In this document: positions 21,587 to 32,504 of the stretch, piece by piece
Position numbering within the stretch: the first letter of the stretch is position 1
Layout of the letters: each line of letters begins with the position of its first letter
DNA from: Styela clava
Taxonomy: Eukaryota
Assembly (NCBI RefSeq): GCF_964204865.1
Contig: NC_135261.1
Location: 2,108,001 to 2,172,000 of the forward strand
Direction: 5' to 3'
Length of the DNA: 64,000 bases
Made by a program: the position numbers and the translations under genes
The notes under the pieces: model-generated
What the model saw: the letters and a program-made list of their open reading frames with translations, nothing else
Database searches by the model: none
What the model was told of the DNA's origin: nothing

Positions 21587-24500
21587 TTAATAACTAGTTT
21601 GCCGATTCATCGTTTCCTCTATCAAACAATTTTCAGTTTCCTCATCAGCTTTATATAATGAGCTTTTCCAACTCTGATCTTGTTGCCAAAGAAATTCTGG
21701 TCCTCTTAGCCAGCGAGAATCATAAAGAAGTTCTCTTGCACTTATGCCTCTTGAGGCGTCATCACTAGGATTCGCAGATGAATCGATGTAAAACCATGTA
21801 TCAGATTTACTCAAATCGTGTATCTGTTGCACACGGTTAGCTACGAACACATGAAATCTTTTTGCCTCATTATTTATATAGCCGAGAACTACCTTGCTAT
21901 CCACCCAATGAAAAACACTGATGTCCTTATACTCGAGCTCCCGAACAATTAGGTCACTCATTTTTGCTGAGATCACAGCTGCAGTCAGCTCCATTCTTGG
22001 TATTGTGATTTGCTTCAACGGGGCTACACGAGCCTTTCCCATAACAAAACTGCAATGAATCTCACCCCGCTCATTAGTCAGTCTCAAATAAGTACACTGG
22101 CCATAACCAATTTCCCTGGCATCCGAGAAACTATGAAGTTCAACAGAGCTGATACGGCCAAAGTCTTCAGGTTTATAACAGCGAGGAATCTTCAGTCGCT
22201 CCAATTCTAGAATTTCATTGCGCCATTTTTCCCACTTACTTCGCAAATAATTAGGCACTGGGTCATCCCAGTCATATTTTTCTTTGCAGAGTTCTTGTAA
22301 AATCATTTTTCCTCTTAAAACAACTGGTGCTAAAAATCCCGCAGGATCAAAAATAGAGCTCACCGAAGAGAGGATGTTTCTTCTAGTAAACGGAAGATCC
22401 TGTATTTCTATTTTGAACTGAAAATCGTCAGATTCAATACACCAGACAATACCCAAAGTTCTTTCAATTGGTAGAGGATCAACTGTGACGTCCAGAGTTT
22501 TAATATCCTTAGCTCTTTCATCTTCTGGTATGGATTCAAGCACTTCGCGGTTATCAGATATGAATTTATGCAATTTGAGGCCAGCACTGGCACAGAGTGC
22601 TCGACACTGTTGAATTAAATCAACTGCTTCTTCAACTGTAGCCACAGACTTCAACCCATCATCCATATAGAAATCCTGTCGAATATAGTTAGCTGCCGCT
22701 TCTCCGTATTCGGCTTCTCCTTCATCAGCACATCGTTTTAAACCAAAGTTTGCACAACCTGGACTGCTGGCTGCTCCAAATGGATGACTTTTCATTCGAA
22801 ATTCTACGATACTTCTGTTAAAGTTGCTATCTTCCCACCATAAGAACCGTAGGAGATTTCTGTCATCTTCTTTTACATAAAATTGGTGGAACATGGACTT
22901 AATATCGCTTACTACTGCAATAGAATCTTGCCTGAATCTCCACAAAATTCCAACCAAATTTGACATTAAATTCGGACCCTGCAAAAGGTAGTCATTTAGT
23001 GAAACACCAGCGTAGACCGCAGAGCAATCAAATATAACTCTGATTTGATCAGTTTTCCTTTCATGGTAAATTCCAGAGTGAGGTATGTAGTTAACTTTAC
23101 CATTGAGCAGCAACAATTCTTCATCTGGGACCCTTTCGGCACAATCTCGAAGTGTGTTTTCCATGAATTCAACATAGTCATTTTTAAATCTTTCATCTTT
23201 CAGCAGTCTCATTTTAAGTTGGAGCAGTCTACGCAATGCTAGTGATCTATTATTTGGTAATGAAACTTCCCTAGCCTTTAAAGGCAGAGGCATTTCGAAA
23301 TGACCATCATTGGTTCTGACTATATTTTCTGATGAAATTTTCAAAAATCGAGAGTCATCAATGGAAAGCTCGCTGTATTTATTTTCACGCTCTGTGAATT
23401 CTAGCTCCGGCATTCGCTGTAGATGGTGAGGCTCAATAATTTCTTTTGTCTTTGTCAATAAAGCAAATCTGCATGTTACTTCATGATAAATATCTACATC
23501 ATGGTTGCTTACATCAGTATCAATCAGATGAGAAACAGCTGGTTTGAGTGAAGACCTCCGCACTGCTCCAACAATTCCCCAGCCCAGAATTGACCTTTGA
23601 GCATATGGCTGGTCATCATGGCCAGCAATTATTTCTCTAGGTCTCAGTACACTAGGAATGTTGTTCCCAAGCAATAATCCAACTGGAACGATTGGATGAT
23701 ATGGTGAAATTAGATCAGCAATTTTTTCTAAATGAGGCCATGCCCTTGCCTTATCTGGTGTGGGTATTTGTGATCGTCTAATTGGAATTTCTTCTCGAGT
23801 GTACACCGGTGGCAATCCTATACACACTTTACGATCATAGCTGAGCACTTCCAAACATGATACTTTTCTAGTTGCAATGGCCACATTGCTTTTGAACATT
23901 GTTGATAGAGTTATGCTGGTTTCGTGTCCCTTGACACCAAGTTCTTCCTGGACCTGATGACTGATGAAGCCTGTATTAGATTGCTCATCTAGAATGCAAT
24001 AAGACAAAACTTCCTTACTATGATCACCTTTATCTCTGATCCATACTGGAAGTATCATAGATAAGTCACATTCGATGTCATGCAATTGGTCAATCTTGTT
24101 ACTGGTCGTAGTGCATAAAGATGTGGTCTGCTCTGACGTCTTTTGTTTTTCTGCTTGATGAAAACAAGTCATATGAGTTTTCTGGCATATTTTGCACTTC
24201 GCCTTATCTTTACAATTTCGTGCAAAATGACCGCTTCCAGAGCCACACGCAAAACAAAGATTGTTGCTTAGAATGAATTGTTTCTTGTCCATCCTTGATA
24301 AACTAATGAACTTCTCACAATCTTGGAGAAAATGATCCTTATTACAAAATTTACATTGTGATTTACACTCTTCTTTTGTTGAAGTGGATAGCACCACAAC
24401 CTTGGATCTTCTGTTTGACATATCGGCTTTGTGATACGATGCTCTAGATTCTTTTTTGAGATCACTCAATTCTGGAATGTTGGCATTCTCTGCTTGATCG

Positions 24501-24628
24501 TACACAAATCTTACAAGAACATCAAAAGATGGATAAGCATTTTCATTTTTCTTTACTTGTTTATACTTTCTAACTTCAATTCTCCACAAGTTTATAACGT
24601 CATATGGCAACTTTGTTGGCAACAACAA
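21587..24628 (-). CDS. Bel/Pao polyprotein part: Gag zinc knuckles, aspartic protease, RT, RNase H; no integrase (1013 aa, TTG start)
   Basis: Triple Cys/His knuckle (CKFC..H..C, CFAC..H..C, CKIC..H..H); ILDEQS protease; FYMDDG RT; LHSFSDA, KARVAP, TIPRMEL, FVANRV, NPSDDASRG, WLRGPEFL RNase H; stop follows shortly after. Confidence 0.88.
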   Translation of the reverse strand: MLLPTKLPYDVINLWRIEVRKYKQVKKNENAYPSFDVLVRFVYDQAENANIPELSDLKKESRASYHKADMSNRRSKVVVLSTSTKEECKSQCKFCNKDHFLQDCEKFISLSRMDKKQFILSNNLCFACGSGSGHFARNCKDKAKCKICQKTHMTCFHQAEKQKTSEQTTSLCTTTSNKIDQLHDIECDLSMILPVWIRDKGDHSKEVLSYCILDEQSNTGFISHQVQEELGVKGHETSITLSTMFKSNVAIATRKVSCLEVLSYDRKVCIGLPPVYTREEIPIRRSQIPTPDKARAWPHLEKIADLISPYHPIVPVGLLLGNNIPSVLRPREIIAGHDDQPYAQRSILGWGIVGAVRRSSLKPAVSHLIDTDVSNHDVDIYHEVTCRFALLTKTKEIIEPHHLQRMPELEFTERENKYSELSIDDSRFLKISSENIVRTNDGHFEMPLPLKAREVSLPNNRSLALRRLLQLKMRLLKDERFKNDYVEFMENTLRDCAERVPDEELLLLNGKVNYIPHSGIYHERKTDQIRVIFDCSAVYAGVSLNDYLLQGPNLMSNLVGILWRFRQDSIAVVSDIKSMFHQFYVKEDDRNLLRFLWWEDSNFNRSIVEFRMKSHPFGAASSPGCANFGLKRCADEGEAEYGEAAANYIRQDFYMDDGLKSVATVEEAVDLIQQCRALCASAGLKLHKFISDNREVLESIPEDERAKDIKTLDVTVDPLPIERTLGIVWCIESDDFQFKIEIQDLPFTRRNILSSVSSIFDPAGFLAPVVLRGKMILQELCKEKYDWDDPVPNYLRSKWEKWRNEILELERLKIPRCYKPEDFGRISSVELHSFSDAREIGYGQCTYLRLTNERGEIHCSFVMGKARVAPLKQITIPRMELTAAVISAKMSDLIVRELEYKDISVFHWVDSKVVLGYINNEAKRFHVFVANRVQQIHDLSKSDTWFYIDSSANPSDDASRGISARELLYDSRWLRGPEFLWQQDQSWKSSLYKADEETENCLIEETMNRQTSY

Positions 24629-26238
24629 TATTCGTATTTTCTTGGGAGTAATCCAGAATACCCAAACACTGAAACCGCCTTTTTGCAGCCAGAAGTTGAT
24701 TTAGGAAGTCAGAGAACCTTCTTATGCTAATTGGGTCATGTGGTGCTATATTGGGCCATTCTTTCAATTTAGTAGCAAACGCTTTACTTATCAAATTTGA
24801 ATTCCCATACCTTCGCTTCAGCTCCTCCTTTGCCATTACATATGCATCTTCGGTCTGAAGTAACAAATAACCTTGCACAAGTTCTTTCGGCTCACCGCTC
24901 AAATATTGGCTGAGCAAATTCAACTTTTGTTCTACACATGCCGCTTTGTTATCAACTAAACCATTGAATGCAGTCTCCCATGATGGATATTTAATAATTT
25001 CCCCAGTGAATACTTCAATTTTGATTTCTGGAAGTCTATATTGAGCTCCTCCTCTATCTGCTGATCTATCACATGTTGTCTTAATTCCACTGGAAAAGGG
25101 GTGATTGTTGACAATGTTTTGACCATTGAGCTGGCTTAGCAAGTTATCACCTTGTCTCACAGTAGAATACAGGCTTTGTGGAGATGATAAATTGCTCATC
25201 GGTGCATACCCATATGAAAATGGAACACTTTGCATGGCATTTTGTGTGTAACATTGACCGTCGATTGGAAGGTGCTGCACGAGAGAATTTACAAATTGTG
25301 GATGTGATGAGCAAATTACGGTTGATGGTGTTTGCAAATGTCTTGTTGAACCAGAAACAGAATAAACATAACTAGCTGCTGTTGGTAAAGATGGCTCTCC
25401 GTGACATATTGGCAACTTGGAAGCCCCATCTAATTTCCGTTCGGTTAATTTCAAAGACTTGGTACTCTCTAATTGTGATAGAGATGGCTCTCCATGACAT
25501 ATTGGCAACTTAGATGTCTCACCTAAATTTTGATTGGTTAATTTCAACTGCTTGGTACCTTCCAGTTGTAATAGCAATGGCTCTCCATGGCAACTTAGAT
25601 GTCTCACCTAAATTTTGATTGGTTAATTTCAACTGCTTGGTACCTTCCAGTTGTAATAGCAATGGCTCTCCATGGCAACTTGACGACTCTGGAACCTTAC
25701 CAGAGTCCTGACTGGCTATAGCCGAGAGCTCATTACTTTCCAGTTGAAGTTTCACTTCTTCTTCATCAAGAACAGATAGGCAGGCTTCATTTACTTCAAT
25801 TTCTCTTCGAAGCTTAAGATTGCTCATTGATGACTGGAACTCCTTCATTAGTCTATCCTCCTCTTGCTGATACTTTTGCTTTACTTTCAGGTCAGCAAGA
25901 TTTGTTTTATATTTCAGTCTAAGTAAAACAAGGCTGGAGTTGCTTTGTTGAGAAATTGAACTTTTTTCTGTTTTGTGACTGCAATTAGAGCAAGCAGAAC
26001 CAGCAATTGAAAGTGCATCATCTTCACCTTTCATCTCATCAGTTAAATGCTGAACTTGTTTGGAAAGGCACCTTAAATCCACATTGGGTATATCGCTCAT
26101 TGTTTCTTCTATTTCTTTTGACATACCACTCGAAGATGCAAGCAACTCGGAATTGACATCAGAATTGACATAATTTGGATTGTCAGCTGTTGGTGTGAAC
26201 TTTGATATTCCTTCTTCTCGGTTGTCTTGACTTGCCAT
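24600..26238 (-). pseudogene. Bel/Pao gag N-terminal region, frameshifted
   Basis: ORFs 25519-26238 and 24600-25607; FTGEIIKYPSWETAF..KLNLLSQYLSGEPKE (DUF1759-like); 8-bp loss in a 93-bp repeat unit. Confidence 0.8.
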
Positions 26239-26324
26239 TATTCTGTTGACTGTTATTGTTGTTAATTCTGTAAATATTCCTGATGACTCGAATCTGACAG
26301 TTCAGCAGACCTATTGTCAGTTAC

Positions 26325-26914
26325 TGTGGCTGCAGGCATTTGATCCCTTCCTTAGTCTGTTGATGGAATGCTAGCAGACGAATCTAATAACAATTCAATG
26401 CAGCTTGACTCGTGTTTCAATATTTTAATAGCATGAAAATCCAGCTTCCACAGGACAAAGTCCAGAAATAATGCAGTAATGTCATCAAACATGAAATATT
26501 GTGTTCCGGTTAAATGCTAATTGATAATTATAATGTTGAAACTGCGGTAACTGACATTGAATTCGGTGCTTCTCTGGCAGATTATTATAACAAACTGTGT
26601 AAACAAGAACATAACAATTAATTACCTTTTTGTCAAAACAATATGCAACTGAACTCAATACCAGTACCGGTACATATCCTAAGCTCATATTTATACATGC
26701 AGATTCAAACAACAAAATTTGACACTAGAATAATATTAATATAGCCATACACGTCTGAACTATACAAGGACAGCACTAACTCGTGTTACAGGCCAGAGAC
26801 AGGAAATGACATGTTTTCCAGAACATTCTAACTAAACGAAAAATTCTAACTATGACGTCATACAATCTCGCCTGTCAATCATTAAAGACACTGCTGCAAA
26901 CCGCTGCAGTAACA
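26325..26914 (-). repeat. LTR 2 (shared middle LTR)
   Basis: 590 bp, flanked by internal sequence on both sides. Confidence 0.93.
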
Positions 26915-27109
26915 TGGCTCTCCTGCAAAACAATAACTACCTACTATGTTTTGCAATTATACAAATCGACTCTAAACCTTACTCAATGAACACATAAAAT
27001 TGAACAGAGTAACATTAAGGAAGAAACAGCACTATTTACACATAGATTCCTTACAAAATCTAAAGAAAATTACACTTGCGGAACCAACTCTCAATAATTA
27101 CATATGGGA

Positions 27110-30100
27110 TTAATGACTAGTTTGCCGATTCATCGTTTCCTCTATCAAACAATTTTCAGTTTCCTCATCAGCTTTATATAATGAGCTTTTCCAACTCTGA
27201 TCTTGTTGCCAAAGAAATTCTGGTCCTCTTAGCCAGCGAGAATCATAAAGAAGTTCTCTTGCACTTATGCCTCTTGAGGCGTCATCACTAGGATTCGCAG
27301 ATGAATCGATGTAAAACCATGTATCAGATTTACTCAAATCGTGTATCTGTTGCACACGGTTAGCTACGAACACATGAAATCTTTTTGCCTCATTATTTAT
27401 ATAGCCGAGAACTACCTTGCTATCCACCCAATGAAAAACACTGATGTCCTTATACTCGAGCTCCCGAACAATTAGGTCACTCATTTTTGCTGAGATCACA
27501 GCTGCAGTCAGCTCCATTCTTGGTATTGTGATTTGCTTCAACGGGGCTACACGAGCCTTTCCCATAACAAAACTGCAATGAATCTCACCCCGCTCATTAG
27601 TCAGTCTCAAATAAGTACACTGGCCATAACCAATTTCACTGGCATCCGAGAAACTATGAAGTTCAACAGAGCTGATACGGCCAAAGTCTTCAGGTTTATA
27701 ACAGCGAGGAATCTTCAGTCGCTCCAATTCTAGAATTTCATTGCGCCATTTTTCCCACTTACTTTGCAAATAATTAGGCACTGGGTCATCCCAGTCATAT
27801 TTTTCTTTGCAGAGTTCTTGTAAAATCATTTTTCCTCTTAAAACAACTGGTGCTAAAAATCCCGCAGGATCAAAAATAGAGCTCACCGAAGAGAGGATGT
27901 TTCTTCTAGTAAACGGAAGATCCTGTATTTCTATTTTGAACTGAAAATCGTCAGATTCAATACACCAGACAATACCCAAAGTTCTTTCAATTGGTAGAGG
28001 ATCAACTGTGACGTCCAGAGTTTTAATATCCTTAGCTCTTTCATCTTCTGGTATGGATTCAAGCACTTCGCGGTTATCAGATATGAATTTATGCAATTTG
28101 AGGCCAGCACTGGAACAGAGTGCTCGACTCTGTTGAATTAAATCAACTGCTTCTTCAACTGTAGCCACAGACTTCAACCCATCATCCATATAGAAATCCT
28201 GTCGAATATAATTAGCTGCCGCTTCTCCGTATTCGGCTTCTCCTTCATCAGCACATCGTTTTAAACCAAAGTTTGCACAACCTGGACTGCTGGCTGCTCC
28301 AAATGGATGACTTTTCATTCGAAATTCTACGATACTTCTGTTAAAGTTGCTATCTTCCCACCATAAGAACCGTAGGAGATTTCTGTCATCTTCTTTTACA
28401 TAAAATTGGTGGAACATGGACTTAATATCGCTTACTACTGCAATAGAATCTTGCCTGAATCTCCACAAAATTCCAACCAAATTTGACATTAAATTCGGAC
28501 CCTGCAAAAGGTAGTCATTTAGTGAAACACCAGCGTAGACCGCAGAGCAATCAAATATAACTCTGATTTGATCAGTTTTCCTTTCATGGTAAATTCCAGA
28601 GTGAGGTATGTAGTTAACTTTACCATTGAGCAGCAACAATTCTTCATCTGGGACCCTTTCGGCACAATCTCGAAGTGTGTTTTCCATGAATTCAACATAG
28701 TCATTTTTAAATCTTTCATCTTTCAGCAGTCTCATTTTAAGTTGGAGCAGTCTACGCAATGCTAGTGATCTATTATTTGGTAATGAAACTTCCCTAGACT
28801 TTAAAGGCAGAGGCATTTCGAAATGACCATCATTGGTTCTGACTATATTTTCTGATGAAATTTTCAAAAATCGAGAGTCATCAATGGAAAGCTCGCTGTA
28901 TTTATTTTCACGCTCTGTGAATTCTAGCTCCGGCATTCGCTGTAGATGGTGAGGCTCAATAATTTCTTTTGTCTTTGTCAATAAAGCAAATCTGCATGTT
29001 ACTTCATGATAAATATCTACATCATGGTTGCTTACATCAGTATCAATCAGATGAGAAACAGCTGGTTTGAGTGAAGACCTCCGCACTGCTCCAACAATTC
29101 CCCAGCCCAGAATTGACCTTTGAGCATATGGCTGGTCATCATGGCCAGCAATTATTTCTCTAGGTCTCAGTACACTAGGAATGTTGTTCCCAAGCAATAA
29201 TCCAACTGGAACGATTGGATGATATGGTGAAATTAGATCAGCAATTTTTTCTAAATGAGGCCATGCCCTTGCCTTATCTGGTGTGGGTATTTGTGATCGT
29301 CTAATTGGAATTTCTTCTCGAGTGTACACCGGTGGCAATCCTATACACACTTTACGATCATAGCTGAGCACTTCCAAACATGATACTTTTCTAGTTGCAA
29401 TGGCCACATTGCTTTTGAACATTGTTGATAGAGTTATGCTGGTTTCGTGTCCCTTGACACCAAGTTCTTCCTGGACCTGATGACTGATGAAGCCTGTATT
29501 AGATTGCTCATCTAGAATGCAATAAGACAAAACTTCCTTACTATGATCACCTTTATCTCTGATCCATACTGGAAGTATCATAGATAAGTCACATTCGATG
29601 TCATGCAATTGGTCAATCTTGTTACTGGTCGTAGTGCATAAAGATGTGGTCTGCTCTGACGTCTTTTGTTTTTCTGCTTGATGAAAACAAGTCATATGAG
29701 TTTTCTGGCATATTTTGCACTTCGCCTTATCTTTACAATTTCGTGCAAAATGACCGCTTCCAGAGCCACACGCAAAACAAAGATTGTTGCTTAGAATGAA
29801 TTGTTTCTTGTCCATCCTTGATAAACTAATGAACTTCTCACAATCTTGGAGAAAATGATCCTTATTACAAAATTTACATTGTGATTTACACTCTTCTTTT
29901 GTTGAAGTGGATAGCACCACAACCTTGGATCTTCTGTTTGACATATCGGCTTTGTGATACGATGCTCTAGATTCTTTTTTGAGATCACTCAATTCTGGAA
30001 TGTTGGCATTCTCTGCTTGATCGTACACAAATCTTACAAGAACATCAAAAGATGGATAAGCATTTTCATTTTTCTTTACTTGTTTATACTTTCTAACTTC

Positions 30101-30151
30101 AATTCTCCACAAGTTTATAACGTCATATGGCAACTTTGTTGGCAACAACAA
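27110..30151 (-). CDS. Bel/Pao polyprotein part (knuckles-PR-RT-RNase H), copy 2
   Basis: Near-identical to 21587-24628, offset by 5523 bp. Confidence 0.88.
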   Translation of the reverse strand: MLLPTKLPYDVINLWRIEVRKYKQVKKNENAYPSFDVLVRFVYDQAENANIPELSDLKKESRASYHKADMSNRRSKVVVLSTSTKEECKSQCKFCNKDHFLQDCEKFISLSRMDKKQFILSNNLCFACGSGSGHFARNCKDKAKCKICQKTHMTCFHQAEKQKTSEQTTSLCTTTSNKIDQLHDIECDLSMILPVWIRDKGDHSKEVLSYCILDEQSNTGFISHQVQEELGVKGHETSITLSTMFKSNVAIATRKVSCLEVLSYDRKVCIGLPPVYTREEIPIRRSQIPTPDKARAWPHLEKIADLISPYHPIVPVGLLLGNNIPSVLRPREIIAGHDDQPYAQRSILGWGIVGAVRRSSLKPAVSHLIDTDVSNHDVDIYHEVTCRFALLTKTKEIIEPHHLQRMPELEFTERENKYSELSIDDSRFLKISSENIVRTNDGHFEMPLPLKSREVSLPNNRSLALRRLLQLKMRLLKDERFKNDYVEFMENTLRDCAERVPDEELLLLNGKVNYIPHSGIYHERKTDQIRVIFDCSAVYAGVSLNDYLLQGPNLMSNLVGILWRFRQDSIAVVSDIKSMFHQFYVKEDDRNLLRFLWWEDSNFNRSIVEFRMKSHPFGAASSPGCANFGLKRCADEGEAEYGEAAANYIRQDFYMDDGLKSVATVEEAVDLIQQSRALCSSAGLKLHKFISDNREVLESIPEDERAKDIKTLDVTVDPLPIERTLGIVWCIESDDFQFKIEIQDLPFTRRNILSSVSSIFDPAGFLAPVVLRGKMILQELCKEKYDWDDPVPNYLQSKWEKWRNEILELERLKIPRCYKPEDFGRISSVELHSFSDASEIGYGQCTYLRLTNERGEIHCSFVMGKARVAPLKQITIPRMELTAAVISAKMSDLIVRELEYKDISVFHWVDSKVVLGYINNEAKRFHVFVANRVQQIHDLSKSDTWFYIDSSANPSDDASRGISARELLYDSRWLRGPEFLWQQDQSWKSSLYKADEETENCLIEETMNRQTSH

Positions 30152-31668
30152 TATTCGTATTTTCTTGGGAGTAATCCAGAATACCCAAACACTGAAACCG
30201 CCTTTTTGCAGCCAGAAGTTGATTTAGGAAGTCAGAGAACCTTCTTATGCTAATTGGGTCATGTGGTGCTATATTGGGCCATTCTTTCAATTTAGTAGCA
30301 AACGCTTTACTTATCAAATTTGAATTCCCATACCTTCGCTTCAGCTCCTCCTTTGCCATTACATATGCATCTTCGGTCTGAAGTAACAAATAACCTTGCA
30401 CAAGTTCTTTCGGCTCACCGCTCAAATATTGGCTGAGCAAATTCAACTTTTGTTCTACACATGCCGCTTTGTTATCAACTAAACCATTGAATGCAGTCTC
30501 CCATGATGGATATTTAATAATTTCCCCAGTGAATACTTCAATTTTGATTTCTGGAAGTCTATATTGAGCTCCTCCTCTATCTGCTGATCTATCACATGTT
30601 GTCTTAATTCCACTGGAAAAGGGGTGATTGTTGACAATGTTTTGACCATTGAGCTGGCTTAGCAAGTTATCACCTTGTCTCACAGTAGAATACAGGCTTT
30701 GTGGAGATGATAAATTGCTCATCGGTGCATACCCATATGAAAATGGAACACTTTGCATGGCATTTTGTGTGTAACATTGACCGTCGATTGGAAGGTGCTG
30801 CACGAGAGAATTTACAAATTGTGGATGTGATGAGCAAATTACGGTTGATGGTGTTTGCAAATGTCTTGTTGAACCAGAAACAGAATAAACATAACTAGCT
30901 GATGTTGGTAAAGATGGCTCTCCGTGACATATTGGCAACTTGGAAGCCCCATCTAATTTCCGTTCGGTTAATTTCAAAGACTTGGTACTTTCTAATTGTG
31001 ATAGAGATGGCTCTCCATGGCATATTGGCAACTTAGATGTCTCACCTAAATTTTGATTGGTTAATTTCAACTGCTTGGTACCTTCCAGTTGTAATAGCAA
31101 TGGCTCTCCATGGCAACTTGACGACTCTGGAACCTTACCAGAGTCCTGACTGGCTATAGCCGAGAGCTCATTACTTTCCAGTTGAAGTTTCACTTCTTCT
31201 TCATCAAGAACAGATAGGCAGGCTTCATTTACTTCAATTTCTCTTCGAAGCTTAAGATTGCTCATTGATGACTGGAACTCCTTCATTAGTCTATCCTCCT
31301 CTTGCTGATACTTTTGCTTTACTTTCAGGTCAGCAAGATTTGTTTTATATTTCAGTCTAAGTGAAACAAGGCTGGAGTTGCTTTGTTGAGAAATTGAACT
31401 TTTTTCTGTTTTGTGACTGCAATTAGAGCAAGCAGAACCAGCAATTGAAAGTGCATCATCTTCACCTTTCATCTCATCAGTTAAATGCTGAACTTGTTTG
31501 GAAAGGCACCTTAAATCCACATTGGGTATATCGCTCATTATTTCTTCTATTTCTTTTGACATACCACTCGAAGATGCAAGCAACTCGGAATTGACATAAT
31601 TTGGATTGTCAGCTGTTGGTTGGTGTGAACTTTGATATTCCTTCTTCTCGGTTGTCTTGACTTGCCAT
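30123..31668 (-). pseudogene. Bel/Pao gag N-terminal region, copy 2
   Basis: 486-aa ORF 30123-31583; a 12-bp deletion and a 4-bp insertion near 31595-31625 separate it from the MASQD start. Confidence 0.8.
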
Positions 31669-31754
31669 TATTCTGTTGACTGTTATTGTTGTTAACTCTG
31701 TAAATATTCCTGATGACTCGAATCTGACAGTTCAGCAGACCTATTGTCAGTTAC

Positions 31755-32344
31755 TGTGGCTGCAGGCATTTGATCCCTTCCTTAGTCTGTTGATGGAATG
31801 CTAGCAGACGAATCTAATAACAATTCAATGCAGCTTGACTCGTGTTTCAATATTTTAATAGCATGAAAATCCAGCTTCCACAGGACAAAGTCCAGAAATA
31901 ATGCAGTAATGTCATCAAACATGAAATATTGTGTTCCGGTTAAATGCTAATTGATAATTATAATGTTGAAACTGCGGTAACTGACATTGAATTCGGTGCT
32001 TCTCTGGCAGATTATTATAACAAACTGTGTAAACAAGAACATAACAATTAATTACCTTTTTGTCAAAACAATATGCAACTAAACTCAATACCAGTACCGG
32101 TACATATCCTAAGCTCATATTTATACATGCAGATTCAAACAACAAAATTTGACACTAGAATAATATTAATATAGCCATACACGTCTGAACTATACAAGGA
32201 CAGCACTAACTCGTGTTACAGGCCAGAGACAGGAAATGACATGTTTTCCAGAACATTCTAACTAAACGAAACATTCTAACTATGACGTCATACAATCTCG
32301 CCTGTCAATCATTAAAGACACTGCTGCAAACCGCTGCAGTAACA
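31755..32344 (-). repeat. LTR 3 (5' LTR)
   Basis: 590 bp, followed by TSD AGTAC. Confidence 0.93.
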
Positions 32345-32504
32345 AGTACTGTGTTTGATATTGTTCCGTTCTTAAACCGCCTCCGTTTATTTGAAGCTTT
32401 TAGTTATTCTTTTTAATTTCGCTTTGGTTCGGCTCAAATAGCCAAAGAAATACCAATTTTATTAACATTCCAAATATTTTACATTAATTTTCCGAAGATG
32501 GCAA

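Larger units (their letters stand above)
20802..32344 (-). mobile_element. Bel/Pao LTR retrotransposon, tandem LTR-int-LTR-int-LTR, no integrase
   Basis: Three 590-bp TG..CA LTRs; 5-bp TSD AGTAC at 20797-20801 and 32345-32349; empty site at ~36795; purine tract GCAGGAGAGCCA before the 3' LTR on the minus strand. Confidence 0.93.
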
